Translations under genes and position numbers: made by a program
Shown: positions 9,400 through 20,229 of the stretch, in pieces
Numbering within the stretch: position 1 is the first letter of the stretch
Layout: the number at the start of each line of letters is the position of its first letter
The notes under the pieces: generated by a model
What the model was told of the DNA's origin: nothing
Database searches by the model: none
What the model saw: only the letters and a program-made list of their open reading frames with translations
NCBI GenBank assembly: GCA_965140585.1
Contig: OZ223272.1
Location: 32,001 to 96,000, forward strand
Direction of reading: 5' to 3'
DNA length: 64,000 nucleotides
DNA from: Spirochaetia bacterium
GTDB lineage: Bacteria > Spirochaetota > Spirochaetia > UBA9216

Positions 9400-10146
9400 A
9401 TGAAAAAAACTATCATCCTTATTTTATGCTTTTTAACAGTATTATTCTCAGCATGCGATCCAGACGCCGGAGCGGATCTGCCTGAAGAAAAACCGACCGA
9501 ATCTACAGGCACACCTGCTCCGACACCCAGTGTATCCGAGCCTATCGTGTACTGTGCCGGGATAGACGGAACAACCGGAGTCTACTGGAAGGATAACGGT
9601 TATGATGCCATAGAACTGGTAGTCCTTGAACACGGATGGACTTCCGGTGCTGAATCAGACTCTACTGTGAACGATATATTGGTTTCCGACGGAAAAGTAT
9701 ACATGGCAGGAGTCTATTTGGACACAGATACTCCATATCCGCAGGCAAGTCTGTGGACTGCTGACACTGATACTTCCTCACCAAATATAGTCAGAACTAC
9801 TCTGTCTAATGACAATAAACAAGCAGAGGCTAAAGCTGTTTTTGTCTACAGCACCGATGTTTATATATGCGGCTCAGGAGAGAGAGATACAAGCACTTCA
9901 AAGGCCATGTACTGGAAAGACAGGGAAATAAAGGAAGTCATCGGTGCCCCGGAAGGTTCACATGCTGTGGCAATCGCGGTTCCCAGCGCCAATGTTTACA
10001 CAGCAGGTTCTCATGGTATTGAATCCTACACTGCAACAAACGGACCGACTACCACTGTAGCCGCTTATTGGATGGACAATATTAAGTATGATCTTACAAA
10101 TGGGTCAGAAAATGCCCATGTATATGATATGACAGCTGTACGATAG
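9400..10146 (+). CDS. Lipoprotein with four VYxAG...A.YW repeats
   Basis: MKK + hydrophobic stretch + FSAC lipobox, Pro/Thr linker, repeated beta motifs; SD GAGG upstream. Confidence 0.8.
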   Translation: MKKTIILILCFLTVLFSACDPDAGADLPEEKPTESTGTPAPTPSVSEPIVYCAGIDGTTGVYWKDNGYDAIELVVLEHGWTSGAESDSTVNDILVSDGKVYMAGVYLDTDTPYPQASLWTADTDTSSPNIVRTTLSNDNKQAEAKAVFVYSTDVYICGSGERDTSTSKAMYWKDREIKEVIGAPEGSHAVAIAVPSANVYTAGSHGIESYTATNGPTTTVAAYWMDNIKYDLTNGSENAHVYDMTAVR

Positions 10147-10257
10147 GAATCACAGTGTTTAAAGGGTAAAGTAAAAGCCTGCGGCAGTCTCCGCAGATTT
10201 TCTTTATTGACGGACTCAAAAATATCTCCTATTGTTTTAGGGGAGAAAAACAATTTA

Positions 10258-10955
10258 ATGGAATCCCGAAAACTAAAAGTATATCTTTTTTATCAGTATT
10301 AAGCGTATCTGCAGCAGCAATTCTTATATTCACCGTAAAGAAGTCTGATTTTACAGCATTGGTTCCGGCAGATATCATCATCTGGACTATTGCAGCTGTA
10401 CTAAGCGAATCACTCGCAATCTATTATGTGAACGGCAGCTTCTTTATCTCACCGATAGAAGCTGTTTTCTGCGGATGCCTCCTGTCCTGCGGACCGCTAA
10501 CCGCGGCAATCACAATATCTCTTACTTTTCTGTTAATAATAACAAAGGATGAAAACCGCTTTTGGCATGTCTTTAACACAGCAGGAAGATATATACTGTT
10601 AAATATATCGCATCATATACTGATTATGCTTGTTCTGTATCATGGCTATCATTTTATGACTACTTCAACAGCAAAGTTTCAGATCATTACTGCGATGATT
10701 ATTGCACCTTTATTCTTTACTCCATCCTGTTTGATCAATGCATTTTTCTACAAGGTTGAAGACGGAGAACCTGTCAAGCAGGCCTTCCTTGATATGTTCG
10801 ATCCTTATTATCAGACTGCTGTTCCGGCAAGCCTTGCAGCGGTAATAATTGCTATGGCATATGCAGAATACAGATATTTTGCAATTCTGATACTCATTTC
10901 ACCATTTATTGTAACACTTATCACGATGAGATCGGAAGCGAGGAAAAGCCGTTGA
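10258..10955 (+). pseudogene. Frameshifted paralog of the MASE9-like protein
   Basis: GGGGAG SD then ATG 10258 (MESRKLKVYLF). One base is missing in the T run 10286-10291; the other frame continues LSVLSVSAAAILIF..IIIWTIAAVLSES, colinear with 7057-7746. Confidence 0.75.
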
Positions 10956-12774
10956 AACTCCTGCTTATTTTATACACCTCACTTCCGGCTCTGATAGCAG
11001 CAGTAATTTCAGCAGATAATTTATTTGTAAACGTATCAGGCACAGCCCTTTTTATCCTGCAAATAGTTATTGAGTTCTTTCTTCTCAACCTGGAAAAGAA
11101 ACGTCCCCTTATTATTATGACTTCAGTGCTTGCAGCGTTTTTTTCAGCCATAGTGATCTTTAGCGGATTTATTCATCAATTGATTTATTTCAGACTTTTA
11201 ATCAATCTATACCCGGGCCCTCTTCTTACAATTATCTTTGTTCTGATATTTAAACTTTCCCGTTCCCAGGATTTCTCAAAGCCGTCAAAAGGGCTGAACC
11301 GCCTTATACTTCTTCTCTTTTCGTATTCAGCTATGCTCATAATATTGCTGATACATAGCCTCCTGCAGACACCGTTGTCTGCAGGAGAAACTCTGTTGAA
11401 GCTTTATGAGGCTTTTAACTATCTACCAGCCGTTTACTTTCTATGGAAGCTTAAAAACGCATTCCTTTCACACATATTTATCGAAAATGATGAGATCAGA
11501 TATAGAAACGAAGATATTTCGTCATTTTTCAGCGAAATAGAATTATCAATCCTGAAAAAACTTATTACAGGAAGCGGAAGAATCCGATGCCGTGACATTG
11601 TTCCCATATTAAACAATAATAATGAACGCAGACAGTTTAACTGTTCTCCGGGCTCCAAGCTGGCAACAGACTGTCCAGCCTATCCGATTATATACAGGTA
11701 TATAAAAAGTCTTGATAAAAACCTCGGAAACCTGAGCATTGGAATGATTATTCCGCCTGAAAACAGAAAAAATGTGATTGAACTGGGCTTGTTCTTCAAG
11801 CCGGAAAAGGGTGTTCAGATTGTTAAGCGCAGGCCTTTTCCATTGCGAATTCCTGTTGTCAGTGAAGTATACAAGTCAGAGTCCCGGACTGATTCGGGAT
11901 TGATAACCATGCTCCTGCTTTGCATTACCGGCAGCTCCGCGCTGGCTGTTGAAGCCGTATACGGAGCAGAAGGAACACTGACCGGGGTTATCGTACCGCT
12001 TCTGATTGCAGCATTCTGTTTCATTATTATTTTTACGCTGGGCAGACCGGTAAAAGTAACAGGAAAATCCATAATAATTTCGATTAACTCGTTGGTAATA
12101 ACTACGTTTTTATTTATTAGTATACTCTCAGAACAGGAAGTTCTGATGCTGGCGATGAAAGCAATTGTACTATTCGTTCTTTGCTTGTTCCCAGTCTTGA
12201 GAAGCGCAGTAATATCAGCATGCTGAGAGAAAGAGCCTCCGACTGGCTATTCTGGCTCATATGGTTTTATATGGTGCTGCTGGCACTGTTTATTGAACCC
12301 GGGCTCACATTCGGCATCAGCAGCACTGGAATGAATCCCCCTATATTCCTGTCATTCTTCATTAACAGAATAATGTTACTACTGCTGTTCTCTCTTTCTG
12401 CACGATTCTTCAGTATGCCTCAAAAACCTCTTGTCATTAAAGATTCCATTCTGTAATTGAACGAACGACCGCTTCCTGCCTGTTCCGGAAAGGATAATTT
12501 TATAATTATTAGAGAATTCATAAACAATCATGAAGCACCCCTTCATTGCTACCGAATTCTGGACATGCTGAATAAAGAAGAAAGATCAGACTGCGGCGGG
12601 TACTGTAAATCGAGTATCTGCCCCCACTACCAGAAAATTTATAAAAGGATACAAACAATACGGAAATATTTTCAAACCACGGGAATAGGAACAGTGACAA
12701 GCCCGGAGCGGAAGGCTGAATCACATCTGGAAGGATGGAGCCTTGTTCTGTATGATGATGTCTATATAAAGTAA
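10952..12774 (+). pseudogene. Disrupted paralog of the tandem TM/Cys-wHTH protein
   Basis: Three ORF pieces are colinear with 5171-7057; frameshift near 12165-12185 and in-frame TAA at 12454-12456; conserved YQKIYKRIQTIRK..GIGT..SPERKA...LEGW. Confidence 0.85.
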
Positions 12775-12847
12775 AACCTTCGGAAACGGCTTATGAACGA
12801 TATGAGGCGGTATATCCACAACAAGGCTGAACTGATATACTTGGACC

Positions 12848-13402
12848 ATGAAAATAGCAGAAAAGACAACAGTAACGTTAAACTACATTTTAAAGGCAAA
12901 AGACGGCACCGTCCTGGAAACTACCAGTGAACAGGGTCCTGTAACAATACTCTTCGGTCACGAAATGTTCCCCAAGGCGGTAGAAGCAGCACTTGAAGGA
13001 AAATCAGCCGGAGATTCCGTGACAATTGAACTCGAAGCAAAAGACGGCTTCGGCGAAGTAATTGATGAATACATTGCCCAGGTTCCGATTTCTGAATTTG
13101 ATCAGCCTGAAAACCTTGAGGTTGGAATAGATATTATTGCCAGCGACGGTGAAAAAGAGATGATTGTGACGGTAAAAGCAATTGACGACGACATGGTTAC
13201 AATTGATGCCAATCACCCTTTTGCCGGAATGGATATCACCTTTGAAATGGGTGTAATGGAAGTCCGTGAAACAACAGAGGAAGACCTGGCCCACTTTTAT
13301 CATGACCATGATCACGAATGCGGCTGCGGATGCGGTCATGAAGGTGATGATGACTGCGGCGACGGCTGTGGTGATGAAGGCTGCTGCGGAAGCTGCGGCT
13401 GA
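12848..13402 (+). CDS. slyD: FKBP-type peptidyl-prolyl isomerase SlyD
   Basis: VTIDANHPFAG motif and a His/Cys-rich metal-binding tail. Confidence 0.9.
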   Translation: MKIAEKTTVTLNYILKAKDGTVLETTSEQGPVTILFGHEMFPKAVEAALEGKSAGDSVTIELEAKDGFGEVIDEYIAQVPISEFDQPENLEVGIDIIASDGEKEMIVTVKAIDDDMVTIDANHPFAGMDITFEMGVMEVRETTEEDLAHFYHDHDHECGCGCGHEGDDDCGDGCGDEGCCGSCG

Positions 13403-13484
13403 AAAGAAAACTGCAGGCGCTTTCCTGCTGTTTACAGAGTCTGGAGGATAGGATAATATTATCGGGATTTACTACTTTTAATAA

Positions 13485-13510
13485 TACATCAGGGATAAAT
13501 CCCTGATGTA
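13485..13510. promoter_or_regulatory. 12-bp perfect inverted repeat (operator or hairpin)
   Basis: TACATCAGGGAT-AA-ATCCCTGATGTA, identical at 31367-31392. Confidence 0.5.
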
Positions 13511-13720
13511 GAATTTCACTATAATTCCAGTACAATTGGGAAATTTTCTATTTTAACTGGATTAAACCACCAACATTATCGTTCAAGCTCGTAAGAATAT
13601 AATAAATCAAGCCGAGAGCATGTCTAATAAAATGGAAATATTGCTAAATTTTTGAAAAATTGATTCTATTTTCTTCGCCACAGTCCATCATCTGCATACT
13701 CTTCATTTATTAAAAATAAA

Positions 13721-14599
13721 TCAACTTTGGTATTCTTTATCGATACAGGAAAATTTAACTGCATGACTTATACACACCTCATAGCGCTCATAAATCCGTT
13801 TTCTAACCCCCTCGACACCAATTACGAAAGCATTTGCGTCTCCATCTTTTCTATTTCTATTTATCTCTGCCAATTTGAGCAAGTCACATAGGTGTGGGTG
13901 GGGGTTGAGATAAACATCACAGTTATTTTCCTTACAATATTCCCAGGTCTGTACACAACTATCAGCAAAAAGTAATGCCTGGGAAACAGCCCATTGAACA
14001 CTGTAAGGGTAACCGTCCTTTCCCGGATACACACCAGGTCCGAATACACCATACCCCCCAAAAAACATAATTCTATGTTTTTGCCCTCTATCCATAACTT
14101 CAAAGGAATAATTTAAGCATCCAGGAGTATGTCCCGGTGCAGAGACTACTTCAATTTTGTGTTCTCCAAAAGTAAAGACATCACCATCATCGACGAACTT
14201 TGTGATATGAGGCATCCTCTGCTCTTCCTGTTCACGGTTATCAACTGCCCAGACCATAAACGAAGCATCTTCTTTACTTAGAGCTACTTCACAACCGGTT
14301 CTAATGCGGACTTTATCGGCCCCCATATAATGATCAAAATGGCCATGTGTTATAAACAGTGTTAATATTTTCTCATTTTCAAATCCAAGTTTTTTTAATC
14401 CCGGAATCAGAAATTCATCATCTGCGTCGTATTTATCCATGGCCTCAAATATTATAAGGCCCTCTGTTGTTTTTAATATAAAAAATCCCACCAATTTATT
14501 TCCAACAAAGAAAAAATCATCAAAAAGTTTAACTGGTTCGATTGGTTGAAATAAAGCAGGATCAAAATCATGTTTAACAGTATTTTTAGAATTTGCCAT
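13721..14599 (-). CDS. MBL-fold metallo-hydrolase (subclass B3-like), copy 1
   Basis: THGHFDH, PGHTPG, NPHPH; no signal peptide. Confidence 0.9.
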   Translation of the reverse strand: MANSKNTVKHDFDPALFQPIEPVKLFDDFFFVGNKLVGFFILKTTEGLIIFEAMDKYDADDEFLIPGLKKLGFENEKILTLFITHGHFDHYMGADKVRIRTGCEVALSKEDASFMVWAVDNREQEEQRMPHITKFVDDGDVFTFGEHKIEVVSAPGHTPGCLNYSFEVMDRGQKHRIMFFGGYGVFGPGVYPGKDGYPYSVQWAVSQALLFADSCVQTWEYCKENNCDVYLNPHPHLCDLLKLAEINRNRKDGDANAFVIGVEGVRKRIYERYEVCISHAVKFSCIDKEYQS

Positions 14600-14863
14600 T
14601 CTTTAATTTCCTTCAAGCTTTTAACGGTATTTTTGTTAAGTCAGAACGAATCTATGATGCCCGATTACACTGTTGATCATTTAAATTTTATCAAGGAATA
14701 TTATCGATAAACCTGAAGAATACTTTAAAACATCCTAAACTCAACACCCTAAAAGATGCTGCAGGCTTTATAAAATATTTCAACTAAAGCAATCCCTGAT
14801 TGAAAGGACGTTCTGAATGAACAAGAATAGAGCGTTTGATAATAATTCTAATGAAAGCAAAGT

Positions 14864-14896
14864 TCGATCACTATTTCATTTAGAAATAGTGATCGA
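14864..14896 (-). terminator. Hairpin downstream of dctP
   Basis: 14-bp stem TCGATCACTATTTC / GAAATAGTGATCGA. Confidence 0.6.
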
Positions 14897-14903
14897 GTTA
14901 TTA

Positions 14904-15992
14904 TTATTTTAATCCTTCTAACAATTTTTCATACAAATCTGGGTCATCGACTATAGACTTTGTTAAAAGTATTGATTCCTGCGAGGCTTTTACCATATTG
15001 TTTCTAAAATCATCACTAACCTCACACTCAATCAAACCAAATTCATCAATTAACTGTTTATGAAAACCATCCTGTTCTTCTCTAGAAATATTAAAATCAA
15101 AATGTGTGTTCTCGACAGAAACCAACTCAATTATGTTTTGATATTCAACAGGGAAACTGTCATATAGATCTTTATTAATCATTAGTTCCATACTAGGCAT
15201 CATATGATTAGTAGAGATGAGGTATTTTTGCTGTTCTGCAAGTTTTGCTACAACAAATACGGCGTATGCATTCTCACAGGCATCAACCAATCCCTGCTGT
15301 AACCCCATATACAATTCACCAAAAGATAATGGAGTTGGATTTGCGCCTAAAGATCTCCAAAACAACATTCTCGCCTCTGACTGGGGAGTTCTAACCTTCA
15401 ACCCTTTTAAATCATTCAAATTATATACAGGTTTGTTTGAGCTTAAATTCATTGAATCAACAATCTTAACGGTTAATAGTTTAAAACCCTTCTTTTCATA
15501 ATAACTATTTAGCAAATCACGGAACGGGCTCTTTATAATTACATTTTCAATTTTTTTAGTATCATAGCCTGCAAATAAAAATGGCGTATCAAATATTGCC
15601 GACTGAGGAATAATTGTTGAATGTGTGGACCCTGACTGATAAATCATTGAAATATTACCTGCCAGACATGAAGCTATTAATTCTGAATCATTTCCTAATT
15701 GTCCACCGGCATATAAATCAACGGTCATCTTTCCATCACTTGCAGATTCGAGCAGGTCCTTGAAGTTTTTCATAACTGTATATGCACTTGACATCTCGGG
15801 AGCACTGGTTGCCATAGTTAGATTGAATGTGGGTCCATCACTTGATAAAGCAGGAACTTCAGTATCACCTATTACTTTTATAGCGGCTGCTTCTTTTTCC
15901 GGTTTAACAACCTCTGCTTCCTTTTCCTTTGAACAACTGAAAAATAAAGTAAAAATTGACAATGATAATAATAGTATTAAAATTCTTTTCAT
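14904..15992 (-). CDS. dctP: TRAP transporter substrate-binding lipoprotein (DctP family)
   Basis: FSC lipobox, GGQLGND, DLKGLKVRT, GANPTPLSFGELYMGLQQGLVDACEN. Confidence 0.92.
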   Translation of the reverse strand: MKRILILLLSLSIFTLFFSCSKEKEAEVVKPEKEAAAIKVIGDTEVPALSSDGPTFNLTMATSAPEMSSAYTVMKNFKDLLESASDGKMTVDLYAGGQLGNDSELIASCLAGNISMIYQSGSTHSTIIPQSAIFDTPFLFAGYDTKKIENVIIKSPFRDLLNSYYEKKGFKLLTVKIVDSMNLSSNKPVYNLNDLKGLKVRTPQSEARMLFWRSLGANPTPLSFGELYMGLQQGLVDACENAYAVFVVAKLAEQQKYLISTNHMMPSMELMINKDLYDSFPVEYQNIIELVSVENTHFDFNISREEQDGFHKQLIDEFGLIECEVSDDFRNNMVKASQESILLTKSIVDDPDLYEKLLEGLK

Positions 15993-16184
15993 ATATTAAA
16001 ACTCTCCTTGAATCAAATCTGAGCTAAGCTCAAAATAAGGTTTTTCAACCTCCTAATTTGACTAATAATGCAGTCAAAAGCATCTTGTCAATTCGTAAAT
16101 ATTTTTAAGGAAACAATCAAACCATATAAACTCCTCCTGCTTTAAATTATGAAAATTGATTTTCAAACATTTATATATTTACAC

Positions 16185-17471
16185 TCATAGTAGCCATAAA
16201 CTCAATTGAGGAATAAATGTGATTAAAAATAAGGCAACAATCAAAGTGATAATAAAAGGTATTGATGATCTACCAATCTCAAGAGGTGATAACTTAACCA
16301 TAGGACTTGTTATAAAAAGGGTCACGCCAAATGGAGGTGTTACAAATCCCACAGCCATGTTTACAACCATAATAATTCCAAGATGAACGGGATCAACACC
16401 AATACTTGTAGCTAGCGGAAGAATCATAGGGGCAAGTATCATTAAGGCAGGACCGGTATCCATAACCATCCCAATAAAAAGCAATACAACATTGAGCATT
16501 ATCAGAATACTGATCTTAGATGTAAAATTATTGGAAATTAGAAGCGCCAGCTCTGTAGGAATTTTCAATAAAGTTAAAATCCTTCCAAAAGCAACAGCGA
16601 CAGCCAACATCAATGCTAACGGAGCCATAACCTTACAGGACTCACCTAGTATATTAAACACCTGATTAATACGAATAGTTTTATAAACAAAAATTGAAAT
16701 GATTAAAGAATATAAAACCGATATTACGGCGACCTCTGTCGGCGTAACAATACCACTATATATTCCGCCAAGTAAGATTACCGGTGTAAGCAATGCCCAG
16801 AAACTATCTTTAAAAAGCCTGAAAAACCCCAGCCTCTTTAAATCATTTACCTGATTATCAATCTTCTCTCTATCTTCACCTTTTATTATACAATAGACGA
16901 CTACATATCCAATCAAACAAAGCGCAATAATTATTCCCGGAATAATCCCTGCAATAAACATCTTGCCAATCGATACCCCAGTTGCCAAACCATATAGGAT
17001 AAAAGGAATACTTGGAGGGATTATTACACCGAGACCGGCAGATGAAGCAACAAGCGCGCCGGCAAATTTCTTTTCATATCCCATGGATAATAAAATTGGA
17101 ATAGTCATTGCACCGACAGCAGCGCATGTTGCTGTTCCGGAACCGGAAATTGCACCATAAAAAAGACAAGTTACAACAACCGCACTTGGAATGCCACCAG
17201 GCACTCTACCTAGCCAATATGCAAAAACATTAAAGATTTTTTCTGAGATCCTTCCCTTTGCCATAATCATTCCGGAAAGAATAAATAATGGTGCTGCAAT
17301 TATGCTTGTGTTATCACCTGCTCCGATGATTCCTCTTAAAACGAACTGCAGGTCACCTATAAAATGAGGATTAATCAATCCTGGAAGAATCGATGAAATC
17401 CCAAGCACTACAACCAAAGGAACGCCGATTACAACTCCGACAATAAAAAATATTACAACCGCTAGTGTCAT
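16185..17471 (-). CDS. dctM: TRAP transporter large permease
   Basis: GAISGSG, LGVIIPPSIPFILY, GIVTPTE, GFVTPPFG. Confidence 0.93.
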   Translation of the reverse strand: MTLAVVIFFIVGVVIGVPLVVVLGISSILPGLINPHFIGDLQFVLRGIIGAGDNTSIIAAPLFILSGMIMAKGRISEKIFNVFAYWLGRVPGGIPSAVVVTCLFYGAISGSGTATCAAVGAMTIPILLSMGYEKKFAGALVASSAGLGVIIPPSIPFILYGLATGVSIGKMFIAGIIPGIIIALCLIGYVVVYCIIKGEDREKIDNQVNDLKRLGFFRLFKDSFWALLTPVILLGGIYSGIVTPTEVAVISVLYSLIISIFVYKTIRINQVFNILGESCKVMAPLALMLAVAVAFGRILTLLKIPTELALLISNNFTSKISILIMLNVVLLFIGMVMDTGPALMILAPMILPLATSIGVDPVHLGIIMVVNMAVGFVTPPFGVTLFITSPMVKLSPLEIGRSSIPFIITLIVALFLITFIPQLSLWLL

Positions 17472-17953
17472 TATACAACTCCTGCCTTTTTCTTAAACTC
17501 GCCAACTAGACGTTGAACATATCGAAAAGTACTTAATCCGAACCCTACAGATATTGCAGAATGTACATAATACATAGGGATTTTCATCACGACGCTGTAC
17601 TCACCGGTTTTATATACGTTAGAGACAGTTTTAAAAGTATTAAGAAAAATGAAAGCTGAGAAACATAGGCCTAAGGTAACTGTCAACTTCATCAGTATCC
17701 TCTGGACCCTTTCCGGTAGCATTTTCGTTACAGAATCCACTCTGAGATCAATATTCAGATGAATACTGTATGAAAAGGCGATAAACATAAACCAAATAAA
17801 ACAATATCGACTCAATTCTTCCGGCCAGGCCAGAGAATTATTAAAGAAATAACGCATGACTATTTGTAAAAACATAGCCACAATAATTGTTGTAAGAAAA
17901 ATTACAAGTAATAATTTTTCTATATTGGTATTTAACCAACGTATCACTGTCAT
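17471..17953 (-). CDS. dctQ: TRAP transporter small permease
   Basis: QIVMRYFFNNSLAWPEELSRY, 4 TM segments. Confidence 0.9.
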   Translation of the reverse strand: MTVIRWLNTNIEKLLLVIFLTTIIVAMFLQIVMRYFFNNSLAWPEELSRYCFIWFMFIAFSYSIHLNIDLRVDSVTKMLPERVQRILMKLTVTLGLCFSAFIFLNTFKTVSNVYKTGEYSVVMKIPMYYVHSAISVGFGLSTFRYVQRLVGEFKKKAGVV

Positions 17954-17981
17954 ACAACCACCCTCTCTTAATTATTATTGA

Positions 17982-18884
17982 TTATCTGAATGTTTTCAAA
18001 TAATCCGACATTTGACTTTTTGAATATTGAACCTCAACCTGTTCCTTGCTTAATTTTCGAAATTCATTAAACCCTTCTCTCAACTCTGTTAAAAATCTTT
18101 GCCATTCTGCAGGATCAATAAAGGCTTTTTTATCTCCACTAAACAACTTATTTCTTTTAACAAAAGTATCGTTATGGAAAGGATGATTTCCCAATGTGAT
18201 ATCCACTTTCTCATTCCACACTTTTTCAATGGAATCAAGAAAAATTTCTTTCATTGACAGAGGCAACTTATTTTTTGTCAATAGTTCATCGGTAAGAGCA
18301 CTAAATCCTGAACCACCATAGATACCGGCAGTATATTCTTGTTCGCAATCCTTAACACTCCAAAAATGAGACATTGTTCCCTTCGTGTGTCCTGGAGTCA
18401 GAACACACCGAATTTTCGTGTTCCCCAATTCAACAATATCTCCATCCTTTAAAAGAACATCCGGATGGAAGCTTTCATTATACTGACCAAGAGAATTATT
18501 CATCCATTCATAAAAATCAGGATTCTCTTTCATATCATCAGCATCGATTTTACTGATAAAAACTTTTGCACCAGTTAGATATACTAAGGCATTAACAGAG
18601 CCATAATGATCTACATGGGCATGTGATACAATGATATATTTTAGATCCTCAAGATCAAATCCTGCGCTCCAAATATTATTTATAAGATAAGCTATTTCCG
18701 GTAGTCCTGGAGTATCCAGAAGAATTAACCCCTCTCCTGTATCTATCAGATGTGATGATTCCAATGCATTACCTACATAATATAGATTACCTGCTATACA
18801 AAAAGGTTTTTCAGATAATAAATATGTTTGCTTTAAATATTTTTCAGGCGGCATCATATTTCCAAATTTATTAATATGACTCAA
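17982..18884 (-). CDS. MBL-fold metallo-hydrolase (B3-like)
   Basis: PFCIAGNLYYVG, SHAHVDH, TPGHTKG, GNHP; no signal peptide. Confidence 0.9.
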   Translation of the reverse strand: MSHINKFGNMMPPEKYLKQTYLLSEKPFCIAGNLYYVGNALESSHLIDTGEGLILLDTPGLPEIAYLINNIWSAGFDLEDLKYIIVSHAHVDHYGSVNALVYLTGAKVFISKIDADDMKENPDFYEWMNNSLGQYNESFHPDVLLKDGDIVELGNTKIRCVLTPGHTKGTMSHFWSVKDCEQEYTAGIYGGSGFSALTDELLTKNKLPLSMKEIFLDSIEKVWNEKVDITLGNHPFHNDTFVKRNKLFSGDKKAFIDPAEWQRFLTELREGFNEFRKLSKEQVEVQYSKSQMSDYLKTFR

Positions 18885-19108
18885 GCAACGCTCCTTAATC
18901 CTTGCAATTTACCGATACTCATATATAATTAGTTATATCTAAAGCATACATGGGAATGTATCGGTATAATAATCATAATTTTATATTTTAATTATATTTT
19001 GATTATTATTTATTCTAAAACGAGTTAAAGCATCAAACAATGTATAATATTTCATATTCATATAACTAAAAATATATAAGCAAGGCAGAAGGAGAATATA
19101 GAAAGACA

Positions 19109-20014
19109 ATGGAAATCCACCAACTGGAGAACTTCCTGCAATTGGCAAAATATGAAAATGTATCACTGACTGCAGATTTTCTGAATATTTCACAACCTGC
19201 CCTCAGTAAATGTCTATCATCAATCGAGCAGGAAGTGGGTGTAAAACTATTCAATCGTGCCGGCCGCAAGATAATTCTCAATGAACATGGAAGAATATTC
19301 GCAAAATATGCAGAGCAGACAATCTCTTCATTAAAAGAAGGAATGTTTGTAACACAAAGACTTAATAAAACAATACTTGGAACCCTCACAATTGGGTTAC
19401 ATAGTTACGGTCCTACCATTTTTCAGTGCCTGTCTGAATTTTCACAACTCAATCCACAGATAAACATACAGCTTATTAGTTCTTATGATTCTAGCTCAAA
19501 ACTTTCTCTTGAACACATGGATCTGGTTCTCTGCTCTACTACAGATAATTTCTACTCTGAAAAGAACAGCTTTTGGATTACTCAACCTCTGTTTAAAGAA
19601 CGTTATGTATTGGTCTTATCTTCATTATTCAGATCTTACCCGGCAGAGAAAAAAAGTATTAATTTACTTGAGTTCAGGGACGACCCATTTATCGTAATGC
19701 CTCAAAATGAAATCTTTTCTGATCTTACCTATAAATACTGCAATGAAGCAGGATTTATACCAAACGCATTATATGAGGTAGATGGGTTTATAATGAAATT
19801 AAAATTTTTACAAGCCGGTCATTGCGTTGCCATCCTGCCGGAATCATGCTTACAGGATGCAATAACATTTGATCCTCAATTACAATGTTTTCAGATAGAG
19901 AATTTCCCCTGCGAAAGGACAATTCTTATAAAAAGACATAAAGAAAATTTTACTTCAGAAACCGCAGAACTGTTTTGGGATTTTTTAATGGAGCATTTTA
20001 ATATTAAAAATTAA
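19109..20014 (+). CDS. LysR family transcriptional regulator
   Basis: LNISQPALSK..EQEVGVKLFNR HTH; divergent from the hydrolase/TRAP operon. Confidence 0.93.
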   Translation: MEIHQLENFLQLAKYENVSLTADFLNISQPALSKCLSSIEQEVGVKLFNRAGRKIILNEHGRIFAKYAEQTISSLKEGMFVTQRLNKTILGTLTIGLHSYGPTIFQCLSEFSQLNPQINIQLISSYDSSSKLSLEHMDLVLCSTTDNFYSEKNSFWITQPLFKERYVLVLSSLFRSYPAEKKSINLLEFRDDPFIVMPQNEIFSDLTYKYCNEAGFIPNALYEVDGFIMKLKFLQAGHCVAILPESCLQDAITFDPQLQCFQIENFPCERTILIKRHKENFTSETAELFWDFLMEHFNIKN

Positions 20015-20229
20015 CGAAAGAAAAACCTTATGTCTTATAGTTCATTTCTTATCTGGCTCTATACAGCTATAAAATGCACCTCGACTTCCCTCCGGAAAAA
20101 GCCGCTAAGCTGGGGTTTGAATAATCAATCTGATATAGAGATTGCATTTACATAGGAGAAGCGTTCCAAAAACGACAGAGGCTCCGACGATGTACAGCCG
20201 TAAAAGCGGGCAGAATCTTTTTCATTGGA

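Larger units (their letters stand above)
13363..14599. repeat. Direct repeat copy 1 (slyD 3' end + intergenic + MBL gene)
   Basis: Aligns with 31245-32481 at offset 17,882; near-identical up to ~14425, more diverged beyond. Confidence 0.95.

Noticed and set aside
5171-12774. Invertible DNA segment or composite transposon formed by the inverted module copies
   Set aside because: The copies are too diverged at DNA level and no invertase or transposase is adjacent
13295-13402. GC-rich TGCGGC/GATGA short repeats as a tandem repeat or CRISPR
   Set aside because: They simply encode the SlyD His/Cys/Gly tail; no repeat-spacer periodicity was seen here or elsewhere
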